From Lenisia limosa (Eukaryota; Protista; Breviatea), in NCBI GenBank assembly GCA_001655205.1, contig LPNZ01008925.1, positions 16,293 through 80,292 on the forward strand: DNA of 64,000 bases, given 5' to 3'. The position numbers and the translations under genes were made by a program. Numbering within the stretch: position 1 is the first letter of the stretch; each line of letters opens with the position of its first letter. This document shows positions 11,522 through 26,000 of this stretch, piece after piece. The notes beneath the pieces are model-generated. The model saw only the letters and a program-made list of their open reading frames with translations. It was not told where the DNA came from and ran no database searches.

Positions 11522-14500
11522 ATGGATCCACAAAACGACATTGAGGCTTTCCTCAAGGTTTGACTGTTTCACATTCTCTTTTTTCAAGAGTGTACCCTCA
11601 TCACCCAGCGTATTGATGAAAAATGTGGCCACGAAATATCCAGTGCTGCTGAGTCGAGAGTAAATGCGTATGGGGATTTATCCTTTATGAATTTCTTACT
11701 TGTCTTATTGAATTTGTTCAGATTATTGAGTGACTCTTCCGTACCTCCTATTGTGCCTACATTTGGAAGTGGTTTGAGGGGTGTTTGATGTACTGAGATA
11801 AGGATAAACCCATTTGCTTTCACCCTCAAGACAACCTTGAAGACCTTCTTTCCATCCACTCTTCCATTATTGGTGAACAAGAAGCTAAGACTCCGAATTA
11901 TAATAATGTCCAACAAGACCCTCATTTTAGGTGAGGCTTTTTGCATTTTTTTTCACCATATAGCTCCAAGCCCCCTGAATTTCCCCTCCCTTCTCCACCA
12001 GGTGGGCTGAGAATTGTGTTGCTATTTGGGAAATGAAAATTATTCGAAAACATAATGTTCCATGCACTGCAATTATTAAATTGAGATACTCACTTCATAA
12101 CATCTTATTCGCAACCTAGAAACGCCAAGTAAAGAATTGCAATCAACCCTTCCGTCCACTCCACGTGTGTATTCCGCAATTCCAAAACCAGCATCATACA
12201 GCGACCAAATGGGTAGGTTACAGCTGTCATAAAAATATTGATTTTTGTGATTCCTGGTTTACAAAGCAGGGTATAGCCGAAGGTCGCTGTCGCCACCCGA
12301 TCCTTTTGATCCCATTTCGGAGTTGTATGTCAAAAAGGCTCTTCCCGATCATAGCGACTCGGAACCACTTTCCCAATATTACTCGAGACTCACGATTGAA
12401 GATTACGTAACACCATATGGATCTCCAGTCATTTCGCAGCCTATTGTGGTTCCTCAGGCGAAAGTCAAATCACCAACCATTCTGGCAGAAACAATGAAGA
12501 AGTCCCCAAGTCCGTCAGAGCAATACATCAACCCCTCACATTCGCTTTCGTCCCTTAAGCCAAGCTTTCGACCCCGTTCCTCAGCAGGTATTTCGACAAA
12601 TCTGCATTCTTAAACTTGTTGTGGGCTATTTATTCAGATAAATTCAATTTACAATGAAGGTCGAAACCCGCCAGCAGTGATCAAGTCCGAGCTTCCAAGT
12701 AACTCACCACCTACCCAAGGCTTTTCTGGACACCGACCGTTGACAACGCAATCCAGACCAAGAGTCGAGTCTTCTCACAGTGGCTCTGAGGGTCATCACA
12801 GACGCCTCTCTGCGTCCCCTTCAACACAGTATGCCTCGTTACCATGGATCCTGGTTTTATTCACTTATCTCCATTTAATTTTTAGGGCCAAACTTAGAGA
12901 GAACAGACAGCTGACATCCCCTGATCGAACAAGGCTTCCTGAAGCAGCCCTAAGAACTCTGACAATGGACTCCATTTTGGATGACTCGTTCTTTTCCGAA
13001 GCTGAGACAGTGGTCCAAGACGCCCCCCTCAACGCGTGGGGTTCCCCAATTCAGCCAAGTGCTGGTGATGACCAGCATAGAATTGAAGATGGATCGGGTT
13101 CTGAGGATGAGGCTCCTTCAAGATGGAAGTATGTTGGGACCAATTTCGAATTTCATTGACACATCAGACAAATGTACGGTGATCGTCGCAAAGAGACGGA
13201 CATTGATCGAGCGTTGATGGCGTTAGAACCGCCTTCGGGTGCTGGATCTCTCCCTAAGCCGCCCAGCAAACAAACGAAATCCCCCCATCACAGCCTTAGT
13301 TCTGGCAGCGACCACGAAGGCACTACTCCCCATTCAAACATTTGGGCTGCTGCTGGTATTGTTGTCCCCGAGTTGAGTATCCCGGAAACTCAAAAGACAC
13401 CAAGTAACTCAGACATCTTTGGTAGGGTACCTTTTCGCTGCTAATCTATTAAGCTGAAGATGTTTCATTTCTTCTGGGTGTCAATTTGCCCGTATCTCCA
13501 CCCCAAAGGTAAGGAATGTGGGGATACGGGGTGGGTCGAGGGAGATAAGCTATTTATCAAAGAAGTCAACGTAAGATTGACTCACATTATCGAGCATATG
13601 AAAAACTTATCTCATACTGCGAATAAATATTGTTAGCTCATCTAACCTGATGTTAGTTTAGCTTGTTCCCAATTATGGAAAAAAAAAGGGGGGTAGGAGG
13701 CCATAGCGTGATGGTGTGGACGGCTTCAGCCAAATACTACCCAACAGTGTTCAATTTCCATTTCTTCGTTCAATTTTCTCTTATTATTCCTTATAATCTC
13801 TTGCTTATACTATTCTTTTTTATCACTGTCAGTACTCCTTCACCACCCTGCCCATCGCCTGTTGTTTCAGACTCAGTGAAAAGCAAGGGTACGGCAAGGC
13901 CTGTTCTATCAAAAGGCGCTTCGGAACCTAAAAAGAGGCGTGACTGCAGCACCAAGGAATCTAAAGTGAGTAGCCAGCTGTTTTTGATTAATTGACACCA
14001 GCCCTCCTCTTTGGTTGAAAAATCTCTTCCTGATGATGTTGAGCAGCGCATTAGAGCCAGGTACCAAGCTGAGAAGGCGCGAATCTTTGACAAGGCTGGA
14101 ATCAAGCCCATGGATGAAGCTGAAATTAATCGTCGTCGATCTGCAGCTAATGAGAGGGGGAAAGCACGTACAACTATGTTGCAGATAAAACAAAAAAGAT
14201 CCAAAGAAGAAGCTGATAAAGCCCTTCAGGATGCACGTGCGAAAGTTGAGCGTGATCACAAGGCGCGAAAGCTGCAGCAAGAACAAGAGAGAACGAGAAA
14301 GTTAGCAATCCAAGCAACTCGAGAGGTGAGACTTGCTTCCGTTCACATTTCAGGCTTTGGAGGATGACTTGGCCGAAATCGCTCTGAATGAAAGGCAAAC
14401 TACCAAGGAAATGGCTAAGGTTTGGTTTATTGAATTTTCCTGTGCAATGTTGTTATTACTTTTTAAACCACAAAGGTGTTCATATCAACCCTCTTGAAAC

Positions 14501-16640
14501 CGGCAAGGAGACGAATTGCTTTATCCGCCCGAGTAAAAATGCTCTTTCAAAACACAGTTAAAACAAAGGTAATTATCGTATTCTCGTTTGATTTTCAAGG
14601 TGATACGAAGCTGGTTCATTACTGCTCAAACTATGCGAGAATATCGGTAAGTGATTTGGTGGCAAGAGGAAATAACAACCTAGTGAGGAAGCGCAAAAAA
14701 AAGAATTGGAAAAGAGAGAGAAGGATAACTGGAAGAAGGTAATATATATCTGTCTCTGTTTTATCGTCGACAGGCTTGTGATTTGCATTTTATTCGACTT
14801 GGGCAGAGAGTTCTGAGGAAATGGCGCGTTGTGACAATTCAAATGATTGTTGGCTGACATTTGGGAATTCATTCTCTAGAAAGCAAGGAAGGATGCGGAA
14901 GAAGCCCAGGAGGCACAAGATAGGAAAGCAGCTTTCTTGGCAGGGGTAGGTCATAGCCTGATGATGACTCTTTAGGTTCAGGCAATTCGAAAAAATGCTG
15001 CAATTGCTGAGTCGTCTCGCGTGCAAAGAGAAGAAGAGGACAAGATCAAAGAAGACAGGTCCGTGCTAATATTGACGATCTTTGCTTATTGAGCCAGACT
15101 TGTTGAAGATATTCGACAGCGTTTACTACCTGACTTCGAGCCTCCACAACAGACGCAAGCTCCCAGCCCTGTAAAGTCGAAGTCTCTTCGCCCTGTCAGT
15201 TTAATCCGATTATCCCCGTGATAGTCAAGTAGATTTGCTTATACAAGAACTCACCATTTAGACCCCTCGATCTCAGGCCGGGCCAGGCACAGCCCCAAGT
15301 CAGCAGCACCCGAGTTTCACATTTACATCTCCACTTAGAAGATCCAAAGAATGTTCGTCATCCCTTTCAACTTACGCAATAGTTCAAAAGGACCTGAACC
15401 AAGGAGAATCGATTGTTGACCATCTGTCTCCAATTCAGCACACACCGCCAAAGGTCATCAGGCGACAGCAGAGGTAAGGTGTGGCGTTTTTGTGACGCTC
15501 CAGGAGAGTTCCCGAAAAACCATTAGCCGTCACAAGAAGACCAGCCGAGAGGAAGTTATCTCGCGATGAATTGAAACCCCAAGAAGTCCTTGACCGAGAG
15601 GTAGGGAGGCTTTTTGCACTAAAACCCAGGCAAAAGCACGCGAGAGAAGAGTACGTCAGAAGGCAGTGGAGTCAGCCGCCGCTGACAGGCGCCGGGTTTG
15701 TTGAAGACTTCTATCCAGTTCTCACTACCCAGATTCTGAGAGCGGAGAAACTCCAAGAACTGAAAAAAAAAGAGGAAGACGAGCTCAAGAAGATTTCATT
15801 AGAGCGGGCTGCAGCACAGGATAGAAGAAAACGTCAACGAATTGTGGGTCACACTTTTATGTAACATTATAGAAAGCCCAGGAGAGAGAGGAACGACTGA
15901 GAGAAGCCATTCAACGAATGGAAGATGCAGGTGAAGATCATTTACGACTGACGGTCAAGCATTATGGTAAGACATGCTCTACTGGTTTGACGTATTTCTA
16001 GGATTCCTACCTTGGAGAAGGCTAGTGGAACTGGCCCGCACAAATGAAAATGTGGCTATTGCTCATTACCAACAAATTCTCAAGTCCAAAGTAAGCCAAA
16101 TGCAAACCCTCATACGTTAGTCCCTATTGTCCCTTCATCTGCACTGCAACGATCAAAACGACCAAAGAATGAGCAAAGCCTCGGATATTCATAAGGTCTT
16201 CCTTCTACGGAAATCTCTAAACAGTCTCCGCAAGGTTGGTGAGTTCTCCTTCTTCACCCGTCAGGCAGTGATAGCGGAGCGATGTAACAACGAGTGTGCT
16301 GAGAAGCACCACCAGGCGTCCCTCCAACGCAAGGTGCTTACTGCTTGGTTGCGAAGTGCCTTGGTTGGTGCTGGTCAGAGAGAGGTCAGAGTCATTGCCA
16401 TGTTGGCTTCTGCCGCCGAGAACCATGATAAGTGAGGAGGTAATATGTGAATGATATTCTGGGGACTAGTTTGGCATCTTATACCACAGACAACTGCTGA
16501 GGAAGGCGCTTGCGTCTCTGAAGGGCAACGCCCGGGCTTCCAGAGCAATACCGCCTTCAACTTCTGGGTTCCAATCCCGAATGTCAAATTGGCTCACAGA
16601 CTTCAGGAAGGAACACCCGACCCCAAATATGAATTTCTAA
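11522..16640 (+). CDS. CCDC191: CCDC191-like coiled-coil protein with Sfi1-like repeats (centriole/cilium associated)
   Basis: C-terminal exons KHYG/FLPWRRLVELARTNENVAIAHYQQILK, HHQASLQRKVLTAWL and ENHDK/QLLRKALASLK..RMSNWLTDF match the CCDC191 C-terminal pattern as I recall it. Long coiled-coil exon at 14011-14325; Ser/Pro-rich N-terminal half. Confidence 0.6.
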
Positions 16641-16841
16641 ATGGATTCAAATAATAGACCTATTATCAACCTTAGCCATGTCATCACTATAGTAAGAAGG
16701 TATGATTATATNNNNNNNNNNNNNNNNNNNNNNNNNNNNNNNNNNNNNNNNNNNNNNNNNNNNNNNNNNNNNNNNNNNNNNNNNNNNNNNNNNNNNNNNN
16801 NNNNNNNNNNNNNNNNNNNNNNNNNNNNNNNNNNNTAAATT

Positions 16842-17706
16842 TTAAAGGTCTCTAGCAGAAATTCTAGCAATGACAGAAAGCTCAATTCTTTCATCACCAC
16901 GTTTCTTCTCCTCTTCAGTCAGCTTATACACCTTGAAGGATGAGTCAAGAGTTCGCCAGGTCAATAATTACCTTAGCAACACTCATCTTATTGTCTTGTT
17001 CTGAAAGTGCAGCAAGGGGCTGGATATCACCCTTAATAGGAACAGTCTTCATAGCCTTGGATGTAAGGCCCACATCACCAATATAGACAGAAGATAACTC
17101 TGCTCAAACCTCCTCATCAGTTTTGTTGAAGATCACAACAACAACAGAAGTGTCAGTCTCAGATGAACCAAATTTGCGCAGGTTTCCAGCGATCTGAAAT
17201 GATAAACCTCTCATTGGCCTACCTGCGCAGTGGCTGACAAGCAGTGAATGAGCTCAGTGTTGATATTATGGGTAAGAAGACAACCATTCATCAAGTTGGC
17301 GTAGGCCTTCGTTGCTATAAAATAAAGTCAAAAAGACATTCATTTGTTGCGTAACAGGCAAAATGTATGTGAGGGAGGAATAATATTAATCTAATTCTCT
17401 CCGACAAGAAATATATTACCAATTTGAAACATATCCCAAGCCAACCAGCGACAAGTACATGATATTGAGACAAGATCTAGAACAATAAAACCGGTGAAAT
17501 AAAATGCTCACCAGCTCAGGCTTGACTAAAGCAGCATTGATCTCATTTTTCATCAGTTTTTGCTTAATAACAGCCATATTGGTCTGTAAACGGTGAAATG
17601 AGCGAAGAAAGGAACTAAGAACCATCAGATAACGACTCACAATATTCTTGTAGTAGGCCAATGCGACCTTATGTCCTGGATAAGGGTCAATAGGAGAAAA
17701 TTCCAT
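16842..17706 (-). CDS. TPRKB: EKC/KEOPS complex subunit TPRKB/Cgi121
   Basis: MEFSPIDPYPGHKVALAYYKN, INAALVKPEL, GNLRKFGSSETDTSVVVVIF and terminal IELSVIARISARDL* match Cgi121/TPRKB motifs. Confidence 0.85.
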
Positions 17707-18573
17707 CTTTGTATATGCGTTAGTCAAATCAAAAAGCAAAAAGGCTGCCAAAAACTGCAAAAACCTAGGAGGTGTATAGTATATAAATATGGAGGATACT
17801 GGTCCGGCTTTTTGGGCAACGTCATCGAATAGGAATTTTTCCACACTTCTTCATTCTCACAGCTTTTGCAGGGATAATTATTACTTCAATTGCTCGAATA
17901 ATAGTTATTTGACATTATCAGAGTAGAAATATTATTGTCAAAAGTAAATGTCGATGTAGCACCACCTCTCCATTGATATTAACACAAAGAACCTTCATAA
18001 AGTGTGCCTAAACAAAAGCAATGGAATTAATTAACTAAATTATACGGTATCATACAGCTATTTATCATTAGAATGATCGACGGTTATGTCATAACTGTGT
18101 TTGCGTATTAGGTATTTTCACTTCAAATTTTGGATAGAACTAAGCCAAAGAAATACAAAAGCATTGATTGAATGACCTACATACTTAATAAAAGGAGAAA
18201 AACATCAATTAGACTATAAGACTTGAAATGGCTTTTTACTTAAATGGTAAGGCTCGGCAACAAGGCAAGGTGTGTATTCAAACCTAAACCAGTATCTCCC
18301 ATTCTATACACCGCGTCCTGTCCAGGTCCAGACCTCAAGACGGATATCACCCAATACATTCTACATCCCCATGAATCTTTTTTAAAAAAAGTCAAAAGGG
18401 GAAATTCGCAATCTGATCCCTTTTTTAAGAACCTTGATGTAAAATCGATGTAAAATACAATATTACGTAAGGAAATAATTAAAAACTATCAAGGGTGTCC
18501 CAAGTTTTCTTTGTTTAAGCTAATTATTGACCCCTTCTTCGCCTTTCCTATTTGTTTTTGATTGATCTTAATA

Positions 18574-19940
18574 ATGGGTCTTGTTCTTGATCCAGAATGG
18601 TGGCCGAATGACCCCCCACCCGCACCTGAGCCATCGGTTGTCCATGTTATTGACAAGTTTGTTGAGTTTGTAGCAAAGAATGGAGTTGGCTTCGAAAATA
18701 TGACAAAAGAGGTTTGAAAGGGACAAGGAGAAAAGATTCTTGATACCGATCTTCTGACCCTTTAGCGCCAACGATCCAACCCGGCTTTCCGTTTCCTGTT
18801 CGAGGATTATTCCACAGAAGGCCAGGTANNNNNNNNNNNNNNNNNNNNNNNNNNNNNNNNNNNNNNNNNNNNNNNNNNNNNNNNNNNNNNNNNNNNNNNN
18901 NNNNNNNNNNNNNNNNCCGATACCGTAAGGCTTTTGCAATTGGCAAAGTTGGACACCCCCCCTCACATGCCTTTATCCCCGCTACCGGCGCGCCTTCTGC
19001 CGCAACGGTGAGACCCTCAATTTTATTCTGTATCTTTCTTCTTCAAGCTCCTGAACATAAATGCTTTGTGTATAATACTGTCGCTCTAATCTCATATTCT
19101 CATTGTAATTTTGGTGTAGACTCTACCGCCACCACCAGGAATGCATCCTGTCCCTCTCCAAGGTCTGAGGGGTTTGACTGAATATCTGTCTCTCTGGGTC
19201 CTTTTCAATTTGTTCAAGGTAACCGTTTCAGCACCCATGCCACCACCTCCAACTATCCCCGCCGCTTTCAGTACAAATCCAATGGTAGGGATTCTTTTCT
19301 ATTGAACGAATAACATATCATAGAATCACCCTCCTCCACCCCCTCAATATGGTGCCCAGCCAGTCCTTCTCGCACCGCCTCCTCCCCCTGTCATTTTGAG
19401 GTTTGTGGTCTCTTTCACATTACATGATTGTTCTACATGCTTTGAAACATGACACCTCAGAGAAAATCCATACAATATTCTTGAGAGACACCATCTGGAG
19501 TACAGAATGTCAAAGGGCATGGATCCGAATGAAGCAAAAGTTGGCACGGATAGCAAGGATTGGGTAAATGTTACTCTCATCAGGTATTCACCTTGGAAAC
19601 ATTTTCTTTTCTCATTTTGCTTTTTTAGTACATACATGTACATCAATCCTTATGTGTCTATTTCCCCTTGATTTTTATACTATACCATTGAATCATTTTG
19701 ATAGATTCTGTCTGATGCACGCGTTTTTTTAATATTGTCTACTCAAGTGTTGCGTGGCCTCGTTGTGGGATGAGTTATTCTTTAGGAGTCTGGAGAAGAA
19801 GAGGAAGAAGAGGAAGAAGCGTTACGGCGATTCCTTCTCAAGAAGTCAAAACAAAGGGCGCATTTCTGTTTGAGGGTTTTGATACTATTAGTTTTCAAAT
19901 GATTCTGACAATTTCAGCTGAGAAAAGGAAAAAGTAAATC
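18574..19940 (+). CDS. SURP/SWAP-domain proline-rich splicing factor (CHERP-like N-terminus)
   Basis: PPPAPEPSVVHVIDKFVEFVAKNGVGFENMTKE/RQRSNPAFRFLFEDY is a typical SURP motif, followed by an N gap and Pro-rich exons. The 3' end is uncertain. Confidence 0.7.
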
Positions 19941-20040
19941 TGGTGCTGGGTTAATAGATATTTCTGAAACTCAATGGAGTTTGCAGTTTGTGTTAAGTAC
20001 CTATATATTTAAATGGTCCAAACAAAAGATCCTGATATAT

Positions 20041-23000
20041 TTAAAGTGTTTCCACAGCCGCGTATTCATTTCCGACCATTGCTCCCTCCGCCTTCTTCTT
20101 TTTGAAGACAAACGCCGCAGCTCCAGCAGCTCCTGAGGCATTAACAGAGCACTGGGCCTACCTCCCACAGCTGCGACTCCAACCAGTGAAATAACAAGCC
20201 AATTGGTACCGGACTCCCCAGGCGCAATATAGCCATAATACGGAAGATGTTCGCAGGACTAAATAATGATGGGTTCATGGGTGACGGTCTTACAGGGAAC
20301 TCCAAGCCATTGACACACACGGTGCATGATGCGCCGGTGAAACCCTCTTTGCAGGTACACTATGGAGTGAATAAAAAACATGGAACCCACCCTTCCCTGG
20401 GCATCACATGTTTGAGATTCCGAAGTGTCGGCATTACATTGGCACTCTACAATGTAAGAAGGGGCAAATCTTACCATGGCATGAAGGGAAGTTGAAGTGT
20501 TCCTTCGCACACTCATTGCATTTAGCTCCTAAACAGTAAGTCTGAACCATTTTGGACAATACGCACCTGTGAAGCCCTTATTGCACTCACATGGAGCTGA
20601 GGATTTTGACGCCCCCAGGGGATGACAGAGAACTGAACAATAATGAGGAGGAGGCCAAACCGTTACACGATATTTTGTCGTCCGCCAATGTTGATACGGA
20701 GTCACACTTGTCGCAGGTCACCCCCGTGGCATGATTCTTACAAGTGCAGATGCCATTGGAGGCCACAGCCTCAGTCAGGCTCAAGTTACAATCCGAGTGA
20801 TCTGGCGTTGTGAGTAAACACGGCAGCAAACCGTTAGTGATGCAGCTTGGTGGACTAGTGTTACCCGGGTTATAGTAGCCCTTCGAACACAGAACACAGT
20901 TTGGTGCCGCAAAGCCCTCAAGACATGTCAATGCACCTTCAGCATCCATTGACGAGATACCAATAGTGTTTGAGCTAGGGAGGGGGGTAAAATTGGAAAA
21001 TTTATGAAACAAAAAGCCCAAATCAACTCTGCTGGCTGACAACACATGAGGGTTTATAACAACATAACAAACAAAGCCCAGGCCCGTCGCTTCTGCAGCA
21101 CCGCATCCCATCGGGTTAACGAACGAAAGTTAAGATGCTTAATTTTGAAGACAAAAAAAAAGGGGGGTGGTGTGTACCCTATANNNNNNNNNNNNNNNNN
21201 NNNNNNNNNNNNNNNNNNNNNNNNNNNNNNNNNNNNNNNNNNNNNNNNNNNNNNNNNNNNNNNNNNNNNNNNNNNNTAAAGGTAATATTATTCACGATCG
21301 AAATGCTCCAAACAATCTAAAAAAAAAACACACACAAACAACAGACCACTAGCAATATCAATATGACAAAACAGAAACATAAACAAAGAACCCAAGCCAA
21401 AAGAGTCACCACCGCTTGATCACCCAAACGGGAGTTAAAAAAAGTAAAGGAGAATGTTAAAAAGTCAAATGAAAATGGATGACACAAATAAAAATAATTA
21501 TAAAATCAAATGATAATAATATGATAAGCCCAGTATGGAGCTGTTATCCGACTTGACGGCATCAAAACTGCGTACTCTCTATAAATGCAGGAGAGTCCAC
21601 CATTTTTGTGAAGAACAGAAATATAATCGTTAGTGCATTCAAAACACCCAGTGTTATCTTGAGAGTCAAACAAAACGGCAGGTTACAAACCCTTAAAGCC
21701 ACTGCGACAAGAGTCTTTGGATGATAAACCGTACTCATTGACCTCTAAGGTGGTCATTCAGCAAGACTTGGCTTAGCCTACTTTGGCAATCGGTTCCATT
21801 CATCCAAAATCCATATTCACATGAACCACAATCCTGTCCAGAATAGCGCTACAAGTAAGTCCTCCACGTGGCGCCACTGTACCTCTTTACAGAGACACAG
21901 TTTGGTGTCATTGTTGTATGAAATAGTACCAGAAGGGAAACAAGTAGCTGGGGAGTGAGAAATGAACCTTGGCTATAAAAGGCATACGTGCGGTGAGTTC
22001 ACCAGAGTCACACTCCGTGCCAAATGCTCCATCCTTGCATTTACACATTGATTCATCTGACATTAGTCTAAAGAAATCAGCTGAACAGCCAAAACGTACA
22101 TATTGCAAATTGGCTGGCCGTCAACAGTGACTGTCATTGTTGTGTTGCAACTACAAACATCTGAAGAGGTTACCAAGATACTAACTCACGATCGCATAAT
22201 GTGCCGTATCTGCCGGGAACACAGTCAAGACACAAAGGACCCCTGCTGTTTTCTTTACAAGTCACCTGAAAAAATTATCATTTTCTGGTATGTTATTTAA
22301 TACCTCTGAAAGATCACTTCCAACGGATTTGATGCCTAGGTTGGAGTCCATGAATCTGTCCTTTTCTAAAAAGTCAACAAAGAGAGTCACATACCAAGGA
22401 TATCCGGGTAGTTGAACCAGGTGTCGGAAGCCTGGCTGCATGTTTTCCCGTCAAAGCCTCCACGACATTCACATTGCTAAGGAAATCAGCTCAAAATCAT
22501 GAACATACACCAGTTTCATCAACGTCATCACCACCAAAAGCATCACATTGCTTGAACTTTGGTTTTTTATCTTCATCTAAAGAGCAAGTTAGCCAAAATA
22601 CTACTCTCACTGAAGTAATATCCGAAACTTGGTTGGCATTGGGGCCCAACAAAACCCTTGGGACATGACGTAAGACATTCGTCTTCCGAGCAAAGCATTG
22701 TGTTACAACGGGAACATGTTTGAGATTTGGACTTGTATTTGAGTTTGGCCTCGAGGGAAGTGGTGGTTCCCGCGGGGATCACCCAGCTCACAAAGAACTC
22801 ACGACCTGATATGTAAGAAATATCAAGCAAATTAGGCACACACAGGCTTTGTCATCGTCAATTCCGGTATAACCTCCGGTTTGTCCATCAGCTAAGAGCA
22901 CGTGGGCTCCTACAGGGTCAACTCAGAGATAATGAATCTTCGAGACAAGGTGAAAGGCACTCTCAAATGCTCACCAGTATTAGGGTTAATGGCGTAAATA

Positions 23001-26000
23001 TTGACGACACAATTATCACACATGTCAGTAAGCTCTAAGGCATACTCTGTAAACACACTATCCTTTCTAAAAACGTGAGAGAATGTGACAAGGTAGACTT
23101 TGAAAAGACTACAGATACCGTTGCATACGTGTGCTCAATTGTAATTCCGCAGGAGGTTTTCTTTTCAAACTTGGCCGCAGATCCAGTCTGAAAGTTAGAT
23201 CACCAGGTGCGAACGTTATAGTAGGGCTTGACTGATATTGAGCCTTCTTTGTAGTTTGAAACAGAAGTGCCATCAAACACAGTTAATGTCATTCGTTCGG
23301 TGTCACAGATCTAGATCATTAATGTGTGAATGTAGAGAGACATACCTCTCGACAGTAAGGCATTACTCCTCCGTAACAGCTTGAACACTCTTCTGACCTA
23401 AGCAGTAACTATAACCCAGTCTATGTACTGACTCATAAGAGTTGCCATTGACGCATTTCGTTTTGTGTTCACAGGCATCACCGAAGTAGCCCTTTGCACA
23501 TTGGCTACAATAGCTGCCTTCGGCGTGCTCAAGACACTTACACTAAATAGTCACCCCAATATTAGAAGGTTTCTCACACAGTATGGACAAAGACATTGAA
23601 GGAAAAGCTAATAAACCCGTCAACATCAAGGGGTTGTTAATGAATAATGCCAAATAATTTCATAATATTGGGCACATGATTTCCTTTTTCGCAGTTCAGC
23701 TCAAAAAAAAAAACAGAAACATTTGCCCCGTTCCAAGCATACAGGATATTCAGGATTCTCAGATCTGAGGTAGTGACAATCCGCGTCTTCCGGCCACATG
23801 TTCGTAAACTCATAGTCGAATGTGACCGTTCCTTTTATGTAAGCCAAAACAAGTCACAGCATGACTGACCTGTTGCACCCGCAGGGATTTCTAAACCCAC
23901 ATCGGATCCATTAATCTCAACCATGTCTGTTTCAGAAAACCCGCCATCATGCTATGAAAATTAGCAGTTAATTTTACTTTGGGTATCTTACGAAGATACG
24001 AATGTGACCAGAGCCAAGACTGTCTTGATGCACCTTGAGATTCATAATCTGAAAAAAAAATGAGAATAAAAACAGCCATCAACACAAGAGTAGTGCGACA
24101 ATTCGACCACAAACCTTACCACCCTTTTGCCCAGCATAATCAGACATAAAGCTGAGCCTTTGCAAATAGTGATAGTCCTCAACCTCAAGTTCAACAGAAC
24201 CTTCGCTCCCCTCGAGATACACAATAGAGAAGCTGGAGGTGAAGGTAATCAGATGCCCTACTTTTTAGGACTTGATGAGTCACATTCTGGTCCGTAGTAT
24301 CCCTTGAACATTAGTACAAAAGGGCCCTCCCGATGAAAGAGTATCCAGAACTACATACTGCTTCGCAAGCGCAAATTGAAGGGGCTGGTATTTCACCCGT
24401 TCTGATACAGGAGCCGTGGGAACAATCGCTTTGAGTTGTACAGAATTTATAGGGGAAGCAGATGAAAAAGTTCATGAATCCTAGTAAGTTAGTTCACAAT
24501 TGCATTCGAATAGCTCACCAAATCGGTCCATCCCTTCTGGACACACGCATGTGCAATCCTCATCAAACACTCCGTTGGAACACATGGTCTCCCCGCAGTC
24601 TTGTTGCTCTGAAAATGTCAAACACGCTGAGCAAAACCACATTACTGCCCAACCACCCACCACAATCATAGCCGAAGAAGCCATTGTCACATTCCTCAGG
24701 CTTGTCGCCATCTCTTTCGGTTTGCTCAAGGAATGCTCCCACAATAACAACTGAAAACTCCGTTGCTTCAGATTCTACGTATGAGCAAAGTGTCAAAATC
24801 CAACTACTTTGGAAGCTCGAAGAGTAGGCCGTTACATCAAGAATGTCCCCTTCTTCAAGAGTTGTCTCCACTATGACTGCAATATTGAACTACACAATTA
24901 ACCATCGCTTGGACCTACCCCATTTGTTCCACCAACGGCAGATGGATTGCTCACTTCAATTCGATCACCATCCAGTTTAACCACAAGGTCAATGTCATTG
25001 TTATTAACTCCTTCAACAAACTAAACAAAAATTACAACGAAAAACCCCAACCATTCCTTCATGCTGAACAATAGGATCGACCCATGATAGTGCAATTCTC
25101 ACTCGTGTATCTTGAGTTGCCTAGACAGTGAGGCAACAACCTGCTAGCCTACCTTGACAGATGTGACGTATTGGTTGGAGACACTGGCAATTTTGTCAAC
25201 AAAATAGAAGGCAGATGGGCCATTCCGACGGATAGCTGAATATATAACAAATCCGTATGACTCTTACCTTCTGTTGGAATAGACCGAGCCAAATTTAGCC
25301 CTCCAGCACCCTTTAAAGGAGTAAAAAAGGAAAATTAATGACAAAAATTACCAAAATTCAACTCTTTTAGCTAAACATTTTTAAAAACATTATATTTTTT
25401 ATAGAATGAACAGGGTAACACACTTGGCGACAAACACAAACCTGTTCAGTTGTGAAAGGCTCGCGAAGGAGGGGATAACTCAAGTTGGCCTTAGTGTCGG
25501 TAAACTAAATTCCGGTTAACCAAATCAACGCAATTTGGAGGCAAACTTTGAAGCCTTCCAGAGTGGTTGCTCCAGCCATGAGTGTTGAACGTACCAAATG
25601 TGATGGAATATACTGCAATTAAATGAATGCACTCAATTATGGTGATCCCCAGTTTCAATAGAAACAAGAAGGAATAACTAACTTTCATTGCATGAGAAGG
25701 GTCAGGAGAACCAGTTACATGGGCTCCTGAAAGGTGAACATTGACATCCTTGACAGGACTAACCCAATGAGAAGAACTCTCTAATCAGAGCCACAGAGCC
25801 GGCAACGATGGACGCAGCAACTGACGTTCCCGAAACTGACTGGAACGAAGACTGAACAATAAGCACGGCCATGGAACTTACATGGTCACTATTGACAAAA
25901 CAGTGGTTTTGATTGGACTCTCTTGGAAGACCAATTGGACGAGCTGAGAACACCATGTCAGAGGGCGCAACAATATCAGGCTGAAAATGTCATTACATCT

